From positions 1-64,000 of the IMG/VR virus record IMGVR_UViG_3300024503_000494: a stretch of DNA of 64,000 nt. The stretch is one strand, 5' to 3'. The notes beneath the pieces were generated by a model, which saw only the letters and a program-made list of their open reading frames with translations, was not told the DNA's origin and made no database searches. The position numbers and the translations under genes were made by a program. Source of the DNA: an uncultured virus (IMG/VR IMGVR_UViG_3300024503_000494) (taxonomy: Duplodnaviria; Heunggongvirae; Uroviricota; Caudoviricetes). Of the stretch, positions 38,690 to 49,089 are shown in pieces; the stretch's first letter is position 1; each line of letters starts with the position of its first letter.

Positions 38690-39264
38690 AATCAACAGCC
38701 CAAGCATATCAAGATTTATTCGTATATTCTTTATTCGGTAATAATGGAACATACATTGAAGTTGGTGCTCATAAACCAATAAAAAACAGTAACACTTATA
38801 ATTTAGAAGTAACGTGCGGCTGGAAAGGATTTGGCATAGAATTCAATGATTCTTTAAAAGAGTTTTGGGAAAAATCTCCTGAAAGAAAAAATAAAATTTA
38901 TTGGGAAGATGCATTGACATTTAATTACATCAATGCATTAACAGAAAATCTTTTACCAACACACATAAATTATTTGTCTTGTGATATAGAACCTCCAGAA
39001 AATACATTTAATGCTCTTAAGAATATTGTTGGTCAAGGAATTACTTTTGATATAATTACATTTGAACACGATTTATATAATTCAACAGTTGACTATAATT
39101 TAATTGCTACTGAGTTTTTATTAAACAACGGGTATAAAGTAGCAGTTACCGATGTATATTATAAAAAAGAAGAAAATTTATTCGAAACATGGTTTTTAAA
39201 AGACAACATAGAATTTAAAACTTGTTCGTTTAATGAATGGAAAGAAAGAACAAATTTGTTATGA
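38686..39264 (+). CDS. FkbM-like SAM methyltransferase
   Basis: AQAYQD.FV, YIEVGA, SNT..LE, W.G.GIE, YLSCDIE, ITFEHD. Confidence 0.75.
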   Translation: MKSTAQAYQDLFVYSLFGNNGTYIEVGAHKPIKNSNTYNLEVTCGWKGFGIEFNDSLKEFWEKSPERKNKIYWEDALTFNYINALTENLLPTHINYLSCDIEPPENTFNALKNIVGQGITFDIITFEHDLYNSTVDYNLIATEFLLNNGYKVAVTDVYYKKEENLFETWFLKDNIEFKTCSFNEWKERTNLL

Positions 39265-40022
39265 AAAAAATTGTTTTAATTACCGGAGGCTTTGATCCTC
39301 TACATTCTGGTCATATTGCTTATTTTAAAGCAGCAAAGGCATTGGGTGATATTTTAGTTGTAGGCGTAAATTCTGACGCTTGGCTAACACGCAAAAAAGG
39401 TGCTCCTTTTATGCCTTATATGGAACGTGCATCAATTGTACGGAATATAGTTGGTGTAGATTTTGTTATAGACTTTAATGACAGTGACGGTAGTGCTAAA
39501 CACGCCATACAAATGGTGCGTCAAAGTTATCCTCAAGAACGTATTATTTTTGCCAACGGTGGAGATAGAACCAAAGAAAATATTCCCGAAATGGACATCA
39601 AAGACGACAACCTAGAATTTGTGTTTGGTGTTGGCGGAGAAGATAAAAAGAATTCTAGTTCTTGGATTTTACAGGAATGGAAAGCACCTAAGACTGAACG
39701 TCAATGGGGTTACTATCGTGTTCTGCACGAAGTTCCTGGAATGAAAGTTAAGGAACTAACAGTTAATCCAGGTTGCAAATTATCAATGCAAAGACATAAG
39801 TATCGTTCAGAATATTGGATAGTGAGTGAAGGTAGAGCCGATGTTAACAAAATGATGGACAGCGGTTACTCGTTGCCGACTGCTAGATTAGAATTGCACG
39901 ACGAAGAAGATATTCCAGTCGGACAATGGCACCAATTAACAAACCCTTACGATGTGCCTTGTAGAATTGTAGAAATTCAATACGGTGAGCGTTGCGAAGA
40001 AGAGGACATAGAAAGAAAATGA
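39261..40022 (+). CDS. Cytidylyltransferase (HxGH) fused to mannose-6-phosphate-isomerase-type cupin
   Basis: GGFDPLHSGH, GVNSD, FANGGDR, KNSSS; R.WG.Y, LSMQRH..RSE.W, EIQYG..C.E.DIER. Confidence 0.85.
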   Translation: MKKIVLITGGFDPLHSGHIAYFKAAKALGDILVVGVNSDAWLTRKKGAPFMPYMERASIVRNIVGVDFVIDFNDSDGSAKHAIQMVRQSYPQERIIFANGGDRTKENIPEMDIKDDNLEFVFGVGGEDKKNSSSWILQEWKAPKTERQWGYYRVLHEVPGMKVKELTVNPGCKLSMQRHKYRSEYWIVSEGRADVNKMMDSGYSLPTARLELHDEEDIPVGQWHQLTNPYDVPCRIVEIQYGERCEEEDIERK

Positions 40023-40699
40023 TTAGAATATTCATTGGGTACGATCCTCGTGAAGCCGTGGCGTTTCACGTGTGTTCGAACAGTATTATTAGACAGGCTA
40101 GTTGCCCTGTTAGTATTACTCCCCTGGCGTTGAATACATTCAATGAGTACAAAGAAACACACAGCGATGGTAGTAATCAATTTATCTACTCTAGATTCTT
40201 AACACCTGCCCTATCGGACTTTATGGGCTGGGCTATATTTGTCGACGGCGATATGATTTTAAGAGATGATATTTTAAAATTATGGAATCTAAGAGACGAG
40301 TCAAAGGCAGTAATGGTAGTCAAACACGACTATAAAACTAAGATGACAGAAAAATATCTAGGCAGTAAGAACGAAGACTATCCTAGAAAAAATTGGTCTA
40401 GTGTTATCTTATGGAATTGCAGCCATCCTAAAAATAGAATCTTAACACCTAACTTCATTGAAAAATCTACAGGTGCACAGCTACATAGATTTACTTGGTT
40501 AGAAGACAATGACATTGGCGAATTGCCTAAAGAATGGAACTGGCTGGATGTCGAATATGATTATAACCCAGATGCAAAATTAGTTCATTATACGTTAGGT
40601 ACACCTTGCTTCCACGAATTTGCACATCAAGGAAGTTTTTCAGGCGAATGGCATCTTGAAAGAATTTATGCAGATTGGTGTCAACAAAGGAATCTATGA
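40019..40699 (+). CDS. GT8-like glycosyltransferase
   Basis: IFIGYDPRE, FIYSRFL, FVDGDM, YPRKNWSS, LPKEWNWL, HYTLGTP. Confidence 0.8.
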   Translation: MIRIFIGYDPREAVAFHVCSNSIIRQASCPVSITPLALNTFNEYKETHSDGSNQFIYSRFLTPALSDFMGWAIFVDGDMILRDDILKLWNLRDESKAVMVVKHDYKTKMTEKYLGSKNEDYPRKNWSSVILWNCSHPKNRILTPNFIEKSTGAQLHRFTWLEDNDIGELPKEWNWLDVEYDYNPDAKLVHYTLGTPCFHEFAHQGSFSGEWHLERIYADWCQQRNL

Positions 40700-41526
40700 A
40701 CAATTGGTTATTTTTAAGCAAAGACGGCCAGGACGAATATATTAATATGTTTGCTATCGGCACCGGAGGAAGAGTGGTGTCGACTGAAGATTTTATCTTT
40801 GAAGATTCCGAAGATCCTATTGTGATGAGAGGAATATTAAAAAAGAAAATAATTCAACAATGCTGGCGTGAACAACGAGATTTTTATTTTATTGACACTG
40901 GATATTTAGGAAATCAAAAAAGTCCTGTAAATCCAATGGGTTGGAAATACTATCATAGAATTGTAAAAAACGATTTGCAATACGAAGGAGATATAATTCC
41001 TAGACCTAATGATAGATTTAAACAGTTAGCTATTCCGATTAGCGATTGGAAAAAAGGCGGAAGAAAAGTTTTAATTGCTGCACCCGATGAAAAACCTATG
41101 AGGTTCTACGGATTAGATCGAGAACAATGGTTGGAAGAAACTATAGAAACAATTAAGAAATATACCGATAGACCGATTGTTGTTAGGGATAGAGTTAAGA
41201 GTAGATTAGATCGTGTAATTCATAATACACTAAAAGAAGCACTCGATGACGATGTTCATTGCCTAGTTACTTTTAATAGTAATTCTGCAACTGAGTCAGT
41301 CCTACACGGAATACCAGCATTTATACTTGCTCCAAGCCATGCGGCTAGTCCAGTAACATTAAGAGACTTAAGCAAGATTGAAAATCCGTATTATGCAGAC
41401 AAGGATAAAGTTTATGCTTGGGCTTGTCATCTAGCATATCTGCAATATCATAACAACGAACTTAGAGATGGTTCTGCAAAAAAGATGTTAGAAGAAACAT
41501 ATGAGTTAATAAAGGAACATAGATGA
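40696..41526 (+). CDS. KpsS/KpsC-like (capsule synthesis) GT-B protein, paralog B1
   Basis: IDTGY, RPIVVR, CLVTFNSNSATESVLHGIP. Confidence 0.6.
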   Translation: MNNWLFLSKDGQDEYINMFAIGTGGRVVSTEDFIFEDSEDPIVMRGILKKKIIQQCWREQRDFYFIDTGYLGNQKSPVNPMGWKYYHRIVKNDLQYEGDIIPRPNDRFKQLAIPISDWKKGGRKVLIAAPDEKPMRFYGLDREQWLEETIETIKKYTDRPIVVRDRVKSRLDRVIHNTLKEALDDDVHCLVTFNSNSATESVLHGIPAFILAPSHAASPVTLRDLSKIENPYYADKDKVYAWACHLAYLQYHNNELRDGSAKKMLEETYELIKEHR

Positions 41527-42206
41527 ACTTAAATTTTATTACCAGTCTTTCTAAAGAATATTGGGAAGGAACAGGAAAATTTTGTCTAAAGACTTGGAAA
41601 AATTTTCCAGGCACAGTGACAGTTTATATCGATCAACAAGAAGGTGACATAGCCTGGATCAATGAACTACCATCATCCTTTGTTAAAAAATTAGTTCGTG
41701 TTCCTAATCTAAATTTAGAAGATAGAGATTCTACAAAAATTAGAAAATTCTGGGGTAAAGCCTGCGCCCAGATATCTGCAATGAGAGAACGAGGTAAAGA
41801 TGAAAGAATAGTTTGGATAGATGCTGACGTTGAACAAACAGCATCCACTTTACCAGAATCTATTTTTTCTTTTAGTTTTATGGAACCAATTGCAATGTTA
41901 AACTCCGGTGACGGCGAAGACTGTTGGGAATCCGGCATAGTTGTTTTTAATCAAACTGCCGATAAGATCGATTTGGTTGTTAGAAAATATGAAAATATGT
42001 ATCTAAATCAAGATAACTTGTTTAGTCTATGGAAACCTTACGATGCACAGGCATTAGGTGCTGTGGCAATGGAAAGAGGATTTTTAAATTTATGCAAGAA
42101 AAAATGTCCTAATGCAGAAGCATTAGCTAATAGTCACTTTGCTCCATATTTTAAACATTGGATTAATAAAGATAATAAAAAATTATTAATTGAAAAGAAT
42201 AAATGA
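41523..42206 (+). CDS. Putative GT-A glycosyltransferase, paralog A2
   Basis: FITS..YW...GK; KFWGK; IVWIDADV; ESG. Confidence 0.6.
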   Translation: MNLNFITSLSKEYWEGTGKFCLKTWKNFPGTVTVYIDQQEGDIAWINELPSSFVKKLVRVPNLNLEDRDSTKIRKFWGKACAQISAMRERGKDERIVWIDADVEQTASTLPESIFSFSFMEPIAMLNSGDGEDCWESGIVVFNQTADKIDLVVRKYENMYLNQDNLFSLWKPYDAQALGAVAMERGFLNLCKKKCPNAEALANSHFAPYFKHWINKDNKKLLIEKNK

Positions 42207-43135
42207 CAACAGTAGCGGTATACCACGGTTCTGTACCAAACAAAAAGAGCCAAGAAAAAATTGATCTTTTAAGATACTTCTCTGAAGGTGCTAGAAGAAC
42301 AGGATCAATAGTCTACGACTATCTTGATCACTCTTATCGACCATCGGATGTGGCCATTATACAAGGTTGGGTCGCTCCCGGTCGGCCAACTGGTAAGCAT
42401 TTACTCTTAAGAAATACTGTTATTCAACAACAACTTAAAAATAAAAGACACGTAATAGGTGTTGACAGCAATTTATTTCTTTATAAAAATAAAGAAAATC
42501 CTTTGCATTATCTCAGATACAGTTTTGATGGAATATTTCCTAATACAGGAATTTATTGTGATACGGAAATTGATCCATTTCGATGGAAAAAAATTAGTCA
42601 TAATTTAAAAATTCAACCTAAAGAGTGGAGAACTAACGGAGACCATATTTTGTTGTTGCTACAAAGAAACGGCGGATGGAGTATGGGAAATCTTGATGTA
42701 CAAGACTGGGCTAACGATGTTATAGCTCAGGTAAGACAATATTCCGATCGACACATAATTATACGACCACATCCTGGAGATAAAGATGCTATAAATTATC
42801 TTAATCCTAGACTAGGTAGATGTAAAATTAAATTTTCTAAAAGAATCACTCTTAGCTATAATAAAAATTTAGAAGATGATTTAGTAGATTGTTGGGCAGC
42901 AATTAATTATAATTCAAGTCCTGCTGTAGGAGCAGCGATTGAAGGTGTTCCTATTTTTGTAATGGATCCTGCCCGTAGTCAGTGCGCAGAAATTGCTAAT
43001 ACTGATTTATCTCAAATTGAAAATCCACAAATGCCCTATAGAGACAGATGGCTTGAACGATTAGCCATGTTTCATTGGAATTTTGACGAACTAAGATCCG
43101 GCGAATGCTGGAGCCATATGAAAAAATTTATATGA
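42203..43135 (+). CDS. KpsS/KpsC-like GT-B protein, paralog B2
   Basis: IIIRPHPGD, INYNSSPAVGAAIEGVP. Confidence 0.6.
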   Translation: MTTVAVYHGSVPNKKSQEKIDLLRYFSEGARRTGSIVYDYLDHSYRPSDVAIIQGWVAPGRPTGKHLLLRNTVIQQQLKNKRHVIGVDSNLFLYKNKENPLHYLRYSFDGIFPNTGIYCDTEIDPFRWKKISHNLKIQPKEWRTNGDHILLLLQRNGGWSMGNLDVQDWANDVIAQVRQYSDRHIIIRPHPGDKDAINYLNPRLGRCKIKFSKRITLSYNKNLEDDLVDCWAAINYNSSPAVGAAIEGVPIFVMDPARSQCAEIANTDLSQIENPQMPYRDRWLERLAMFHWNFDELRSGECWSHMKKFI

Positions 43136-43881
43136 AAAAGATTTCTGTTATTACAAGTTTTAACGAAAAATATTATGAGTTAATTGGCAAATATTGTGTT
43201 GCTACATTTTTAAAAAATTGGCCAACTGACATTAATTTAACCTGTTACGTGGAAGAAATGTCATTAACTCCCGATCCACGTATTATACAAATTCCTTTTA
43301 CAGAACTTCCTGTTGAATATTTTGATTTGCAAAAAACAAAATTTAAACAAAGAGTAAAAACTTTTTCTAAAAAAGGTTATTCTGTAATTCACGCTATGGA
43401 AAACATAGATTGCGATCTATTAATATGGATTGATTCTGATGTATTAACACATACAGCGGTTCCTAGAGAATTTTTAGAAAATTTATGTTCGTCTAAAGAT
43501 CTAACTACGTTTATGGGTGTATGGCACGAAGCAAATGACAAAGAATATTTCAGTTGTGAATCAAGTTTTTTTGTTGTAAACAAAACTCATCAAAATTTTT
43601 CATTATTTTCAAAGAGATATCGTGAATATTATGATAATCGATTAACTGAGAATTTAAGAAGATTCTATGACGGTGAAGTCCTTGGAGCAACTATTAAAGA
43701 TTTAGAAAAATTAGGAGGTATGAATGAAATTAATCCTAACTTTCACAAAACTCCGATGCCAAGAACCATACTAAAAGATTATTTTACTCATTTTAAGGCA
43801 GGACTAAAAGAAGATGATGACCTTGATACGAGTATTGAAGAATTAATTGGCAATATTCAAACTGTTCCAGTTTGCCAATAA
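43132..43881 (+). CDS. Putative GT-A glycosyltransferase, paralog A3
   Basis: VITSF..YY...GK....FLKNWP; FSKK; IWIDSDV; ESSF; HFKA. Confidence 0.65.
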   Translation: MKKISVITSFNEKYYELIGKYCVATFLKNWPTDINLTCYVEEMSLTPDPRIIQIPFTELPVEYFDLQKTKFKQRVKTFSKKGYSVIHAMENIDCDLLIWIDSDVLTHTAVPREFLENLCSSKDLTTFMGVWHEANDKEYFSCESSFFVVNKTHQNFSLFSKRYREYYDNRLTENLRRFYDGEVLGATIKDLEKLGGMNEINPNFHKTPMPRTILKDYFTHFKAGLKEDDDLDTSIEELIGNIQTVPVCQ

Positions 43882-44672
43882 CTTTCTTTTCTTCTAACCT
43901 TTAGATCTTGAGGCTTACTACGGCCTAGATCTTTTCTACCGCCTTTCAAATGGTCAAGATATGCTCCCCATTCACTGTTAATCAGCGGATGACCTTCTCC
44001 AGTGATAAGATGGCTGCTCCAATCTAATTCATTTAAGGTTGAATTTCGTCGTACGACATCAAATACAAAACTATCATGCCATTCTTCTAAGGTAAAAATT
44101 CCTAATTCTGCACAATCGTACATCCATTGAAATTTTTCTAAGAATTTTTGAACAGCAGGTGAACGCAAATTCATTGCGTAAAGGCCACATTCACTAAATT
44201 TTCCTTTTCTTCCAAGAAAACACAAATCTTTGTCTGCCGGAATTAGACGTTGAATTGTTTCCATGGTAATTGGACTATGACAAATGGTATCTGCGTCCAT
44301 CCAAACTAAAATATCTGCGTCAGTTTCCTTAGCACAGTGAAAAATTGCATAGACTTTGTGGGCAAATCTAACAGCATCCCATTTAAAACCTTTGCCAGCA
44401 TCTTTTCTTCGACTTCGAATAGGATCTGCTGATACATCGCCGTTAGCCTTGGGAACATTTTTCCACTTTTCTTTAAATTTCATAAGCTCTTCAACTTCTT
44501 CAAGGCGTTTTAATGTCACGTGATTGTGATTTCGTATTGCAGGATTACAAAGTTCTGGATAAATGTGAAGGGTGACCTCTTCTGGCCACTTTTCACAAAA
44601 ACTATCTATCATTTTTTGGCCGTATTTTGCACGACCCGCATCATTAAAAGTTGTTACCACTGCATATTTCAT
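43857..44672 (-). CDS. Putative GT-A glycosyltransferase, paralog A4
   Basis: VVTTF....YG..MI.SF..WP; RFAHKV; VWMDADT; ECG; WHDS; HLKG. Confidence 0.7.
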   Translation of the reverse strand: MKYAVVTTFNDAGRAKYGQKMIDSFCEKWPEEVTLHIYPELCNPAIRNHNHVTLKRLEEVEELMKFKEKWKNVPKANGDVSADPIRSRRKDAGKGFKWDAVRFAHKVYAIFHCAKETDADILVWMDADTICHSPITMETIQRLIPADKDLCFLGRKGKFSECGLYAMNLRSPAVQKFLEKFQWMYDCAELGIFTLEEWHDSFVFDVVRRNSTLNELDWSSHLITGEGHPLINSEWGAYLDHLKGGRKDLGRSKPQDLKVRRKESYWQTGTV

Positions 44673-45067
44673 TTTCTTTTTTCCCAAACGTGAAATTTTT
44701 TATCAACCGAGGTGCATACCCAGCCTGTATTGTATAGAGCCTTCATTGTTTTTTTGTCTACTATAGAATTTCCTTCGACTATTACAACAGATTTAAATCT
44801 TGTCCAAAAATTATTCAATTTTTCCAGCCTATCTATTTTATCTAGGTTAAAGTATATGGCCTTTATTTCATATAATGTTTCAATATAGTCAAAATTTTCT
44901 CTATAAATTAATTTTTTTGATTTTAAAGATCTATCTTCTGCTTCTATTATAAAAGTTGTGTTATGTAAAGACACTATGTCCTGCAACATTCCAAAACCGT
45001 CACCAATTACCAAAGCATTTTCTGCTCTGCCAATAATTTTTTTGATCTTTTTTTCAAACGAGGCCAT
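44669..45067 (-). CDS. Hypothetical (possible degenerate methyltransferase fold)
   Basis: NALVIGDGFG; ATGA-coupled to paralog A4. Confidence 0.5.
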   Translation of the reverse strand: MASFEKKIKKIIGRAENALVIGDGFGMLQDIVSLHNTTFIIEAEDRSLKSKKLIYRENFDYIETLYEIKAIYFNLDKIDRLEKLNNFWTRFKSVVIVEGNSIVDKKTMKALYNTGWVCTSVDKKFHVWEKRK

Positions 45068-45101
45068 AAATTAATTAAATACTCTGATATTTATTACTCC
45101 T

Positions 45102-45926
45102 ATGCGCTTCAAACTTTATCGTGAATACGGTGCCTTAAACAGCGCACCAATTTTTAATGCAGTCGAACAAGGACTGCGTTCACTTGGCCACGAAATTGTT
45201 AATAAAGACGAAGACATACCGGTAATTTGGTCAGTTTTATGGTCAGGCAGGATGAAAAACAATCAAGCCATATATCATAATGCTATAAAAAATAAAAAAT
45301 CTGTTTTAATTATAGAAGTTGGAAATTTAAAAAGGAACGAGACCTGGAGAATTTCTTTAAACCATATAAACGGATTAGGCGTTTTTAATAATCTTACAAA
45401 TTTAGACTCCTCGAGACCAGGAAAATTAGGTATAGAATTAAAATCTCCTCCTAACAAAACAAGAGGAGAGATACTAGTGGCTTGCCAACATCAAGAAAGT
45501 CTTCAATGGGAAGGTATGCCAACTATGGCAGAATGGTGTAAGGATACGATTTCTAAAATTAGACGGCACTCACAGCGCAGGATTATAGTTAGACCACATC
45601 CAAGGTCTCCATTTCCGTTTAGTGTGCCTAATGTAATATTAGAGAGGCCTAGACATATTCCAAACACCTATGATAATTTTGATATTTTTTACAACTATCA
45701 TTGCGTGATTAATTATAATGCAGGACCGTCTGTTCAAGCTCCTATAAATGGGATTCCCGTGCTCTGTGATTCTTCTAGCCTAGCTGGCGAATTAAGCATT
45801 AAATGGGAAAATCTTGAAAATCCCACATTGCCAGATAGAGAAGAATGGTTTCTCAAACTCTGCCATACCGAATGGACTGTTGACGAAATAAGTCAAGGTA
45901 TTCCTTTGGCAAGATTGTTCGGTTGA
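45102..45926 (+). CDS. KpsS/KpsC-like GT-B protein, paralog B3
   Basis: IEVG, IIVRPHPR, CVINYNAGPSVQAPINGIP. Confidence 0.6.
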   Translation: MRFKLYREYGALNSAPIFNAVEQGLRSLGHEIVNKDEDIPVIWSVLWSGRMKNNQAIYHNAIKNKKSVLIIEVGNLKRNETWRISLNHINGLGVFNNLTNLDSSRPGKLGIELKSPPNKTRGEILVACQHQESLQWEGMPTMAEWCKDTISKIRRHSQRRIIVRPHPRSPFPFSVPNVILERPRHIPNTYDNFDIFYNYHCVINYNAGPSVQAPINGIPVLCDSSSLAGELSIKWENLENPTLPDREEWFLKLCHTEWTVDEISQGIPLARLFG

Positions 45927-45951
45927 CTTTCATATCTGCCTGTTATATAAT
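45923..45951 (+). promoter_or_regulatory. Sigma70-type promoter
   Basis: TTGACT-N17-TATAAT, ATG 6 nt later. Confidence 0.8.
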
Positions 45952-45957
45952 AATTAA

Positions 45958-47145
45958 ATGTTAAGCTCTGTGTATGCCGAAGACATTTTTCTTCGTTTTT
46001 ATACTCTTGTTCAATCTGGTCAACTACACGTTCAGCACCAGGACTTCTCGCCTATTCTTAGTTTTCACGAGAAAATTTCCAATGACAGCGAACTAACAAA
46101 AAATCAAGCTAACTACATTTTAAAAATATTAGAAAAATACAAAAATGTATCGGCATTATTGGGTTTTGATTACAAAGACGCATTGTTAACAGCGCAATGG
46201 CAAAGACCTTTTAGAGTACTAGATCTTACAAAAAAAATCTATGTAGAAAACAAAGATGGATCTTTAGAAATTTGTCTAAAATTTCCATATCAATTGAAAA
46301 AAGAGTTTGACGATGAAATAAATGTTAACTTGCCTAATTCAACTAGAGTCAGTCATTGGGATCAAGAAGACAAAGTTCGACGTTTAAAATTTTACGAATA
46401 CAACTTGATCAGTCTATATGAATTTGCTAATAAACACAACTTTGTAATTGACGACAGTTTTATGAGTGTGTTGTCAGATGTTGAAGAAATATGGCAAAAT
46501 TCAGACAACATTATTCCCTGTTCGGAAATAATTAATTCAAAAGTTGAATTAGTAAATGCTGATCCAGAAACCGAAGAATGGTGGTCAAATACTCGCACCG
46601 AATCATTAAACAATGATTTATTACTGGCTAAGAGTATGGGATTTCCATTGAAAAAAAATCCGGTAAGTTTAGTAGAAAAAATAGCATCTTCGTCTGAAAA
46701 TTTATTCTGGATTAAAAATGTTCAAGATTTCTTTAACATTAGCACTACCGTTAAAGGCAGAGTCTGTATAATTTTAGATAGAACATCTGACACACTAAAA
46801 TGGTTACAAGAATTTGTAAAAGCAGCTGATCAAAATAGTGTTCCTAGAGAAGAAATTAAGGTATGTTTTAGAGATACTAAAGATTCAAAGACCGGTCTTA
46901 ATGACTGGATTAAACTAGCAGGTGTTGGCGGCAAAGTGGATACTGGAAAATTTTTAATATTTGAATCTAAGCCAGCTAAATGGTTGTTTAAAGATAACCT
47001 TGATGTTAAAATGTTAGTAACAAATAACATTTATCCGCCAACAAGTGTTATTACAAAAGATTGGTTTGATTCTCATCCTTGTGTAATTTATCTAGGTGCA
47101 GCAAAACCAAGCACTCATAAAGGAAGAAAGATTGTCGAATTGTAA
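45958..47145 (+). CDS. Hypothetical protein
   Basis: 395 aa ORF upstream of helicase. Confidence 0.7.
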   Translation: MLSSVYAEDIFLRFYTLVQSGQLHVQHQDFSPILSFHEKISNDSELTKNQANYILKILEKYKNVSALLGFDYKDALLTAQWQRPFRVLDLTKKIYVENKDGSLEICLKFPYQLKKEFDDEINVNLPNSTRVSHWDQEDKVRRLKFYEYNLISLYEFANKHNFVIDDSFMSVLSDVEEIWQNSDNIIPCSEIINSKVELVNADPETEEWWSNTRTESLNNDLLLAKSMGFPLKKNPVSLVEKIASSSENLFWIKNVQDFFNISTTVKGRVCIILDRTSDTLKWLQEFVKAADQNSVPREEIKVCFRDTKDSKTGLNDWIKLAGVGGKVDTGKFLIFESKPAKWLFKDNLDVKMLVTNNIYPPTSVITKDWFDSHPCVIYLGAAKPSTHKGRKIVEL

Positions 47146-48586
47146 ACTTACAATTAGAGATGAAGTTAACATTAAAGTCGATGGACTTAGTGTTGAAACA
47201 CGAAGAAAAATTGTCAACAAATTAAAATTTGACCTTCCCTATGCAAGGCATATGCCAGCCTACAAACTAGGTCGCTGGGACGGAACTAAAACATATTTTA
47301 GCATTGGTGGCAACGGTTATCTTGCACACTTAGATGTTATTCTTCCTATAATAGATGAAGCAGGATACGACATTGAAGTTGAAGATTTAAGATCTTCTCA
47401 TGATTTTAAATTCGATCCAGTAACTGAAAACTATTGGGCAGACAAAGGAAAAACTTGGCCTAAAGGTCATCCTGCCGAAGGACAGCCAATTGTTTTACGT
47501 GATTATCAATATGACGTTGTTAATAAATTTTTAGAAAATCCACAAGCTCTACAGGAGGTAGCAACAGGTGCCGGCAAGACAATTACTACTGCGACGTTAT
47601 CGCATCTTTGTGAACCGTATGGCCGTACGATGGTTATTGTTCCGAACAAATCGCTTGTTGTCCAAACTGAAGAAGACTACAAAAATTTAGGATTAGATGT
47701 AGGAGTTTATTTTGGTGATAGAAAAGAACTTAACAGAACGCACACTATCTGTACTTGGCAAAGTCTTAACGTCTTGGATAAAAAGAGTTATGACGAAGAG
47801 AGTCTTTCGTTAGCAGAGTTTTGTGAAGGAGTAGTAGCAATCATTGTTGACGAAGTCCATCAGGCTAAGGCAGATGTATTAACAAAACTTCTTACACAAA
47901 ACTTTAGAAATTGTGCCATTCGTTGGGGATTAACTGGAACTGTCCCTAAGGAAAATTGGGAATTTCAAGGTATCCTTGCTAGCATTGGTCCAGTTATTAA
48001 TAACGTATCTGCACACGATCTACAACAAAAAGGAGTGTTGGCAAATCTTAATATTAATATTGTTCAAACTAACGATGTTGAGGTGTTTAGAAGTTATCAA
48101 GAAGAGTATACTTGGTTAGTAACTGATCCAAAAAGATTAACTTGGATAGCAAATAAAATTAAAGAATTAAGTCAATCAGGCAACACCCTAGTCCTCATCA
48201 ATCGCATTGATACTGGAAATAAACTAATGGAGCAATTGCCAGATGCGGTGTTTATCAACGGTAGCGTTAAGTTAGATGATCGAAAGGAAGAATACGATGA
48301 AGTACGGACTAGCAATGAAAAGATTATTGTGGCGACTTATGGTGTGGCCGCTGTGGGTATTAATATCCCTAGGATTTTTAATTTGGTTCTTTTGGAACCC
48401 GGAAAGAGCTTTGTTAGGGTTATACAATCTATTGGGCGAGGTATTAGAAAAGCAGAAGACAAAGACCACGTTGAAATCTGGGATATAACTAGTACCTGCA
48501 AATATGCAAAACGACATTTAACAGAACGTAAAAAATACTATAAGGAGGCGAAATACCCCTTTACAATTATTAAGGTGAATACATGA
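47132..48586 (+). CDS. uvsW: SF2 helicase UvsW-like
   Basis: RWDG, LRDYQ, ATGAGKT, VDEVH, GLTGT, GINIP, QSIGRG.R; probable TTG start. Confidence 0.92.
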   Translation: MSNCKLTIRDEVNIKVDGLSVETRRKIVNKLKFDLPYARHMPAYKLGRWDGTKTYFSIGGNGYLAHLDVILPIIDEAGYDIEVEDLRSSHDFKFDPVTENYWADKGKTWPKGHPAEGQPIVLRDYQYDVVNKFLENPQALQEVATGAGKTITTATLSHLCEPYGRTMVIVPNKSLVVQTEEDYKNLGLDVGVYFGDRKELNRTHTICTWQSLNVLDKKSYDEESLSLAEFCEGVVAIIVDEVHQAKADVLTKLLTQNFRNCAIRWGLTGTVPKENWEFQGILASIGPVINNVSAHDLQQKGVLANLNINIVQTNDVEVFRSYQEEYTWLVTDPKRLTWIANKIKELSQSGNTLVLINRIDTGNKLMEQLPDAVFINGSVKLDDRKEEYDEVRTSNEKIIVATYGVAAVGINIPRIFNLVLLEPGKSFVRVIQSIGRGIRKAEDKDHVEIWDITSTCKYAKRHLTERKKYYKEAKYPFTIIKVNT

Positions 48587-49089
48587 AAATTTTAACATTA
48601 AACAATCAGGCATTTGATTTAAATGACCTGCCCGACGAAGTAGATGAAGACACTAGGTTTAGTGTATTAGATAACAGTAATCCGCAAGAACCTGATTTCT
48701 TTTTTATGCCGTTGATATTCTTAGAATCATTTAACAGTCCTGCTATTTTATTGAATATAGGAGGACACGAAATTCAAATGCCGTTGGATTGGTGTATGGT
48801 AGTAGGAGATAAAGATTGCGGTATGGATCCCGAAGTTCTTCCGTTAACAAGTATTAATGAACGAGGATTTGACGCATTAGTATTCAATCCTATTAAAGGG
48901 TTTAGAGCAGAATTTATGCCAATTGAAATTGTTAATATCTTTCAAGATGTTCGATGGTATTTTCCAAAAATGAAAAACGGACAGTTATTAACAGTTCCGT
49001 TAACTGACGGTGTTAATCCTCCTTGTGTATATTTTGTAAAAGAAGTTAGCCGTCAAAGTGAAGTGTTACAACTACATAAGTTATTATGA
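48583..49089 (+). CDS. Hypothetical beta-rich protein (possible Hint-like fold)
   Basis: 168 aa coupled to uvsW. Confidence 0.6.
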   Translation: MKILTLNNQAFDLNDLPDEVDEDTRFSVLDNSNPQEPDFFFMPLIFLESFNSPAILLNIGGHEIQMPLDWCMVVGDKDCGMDPEVLPLTSINERGFDALVFNPIKGFRAEFMPIEIVNIFQDVRWYFPKMKNGQLLTVPLTDGVNPPCVYFVKEVSRQSEVLQLHKLL

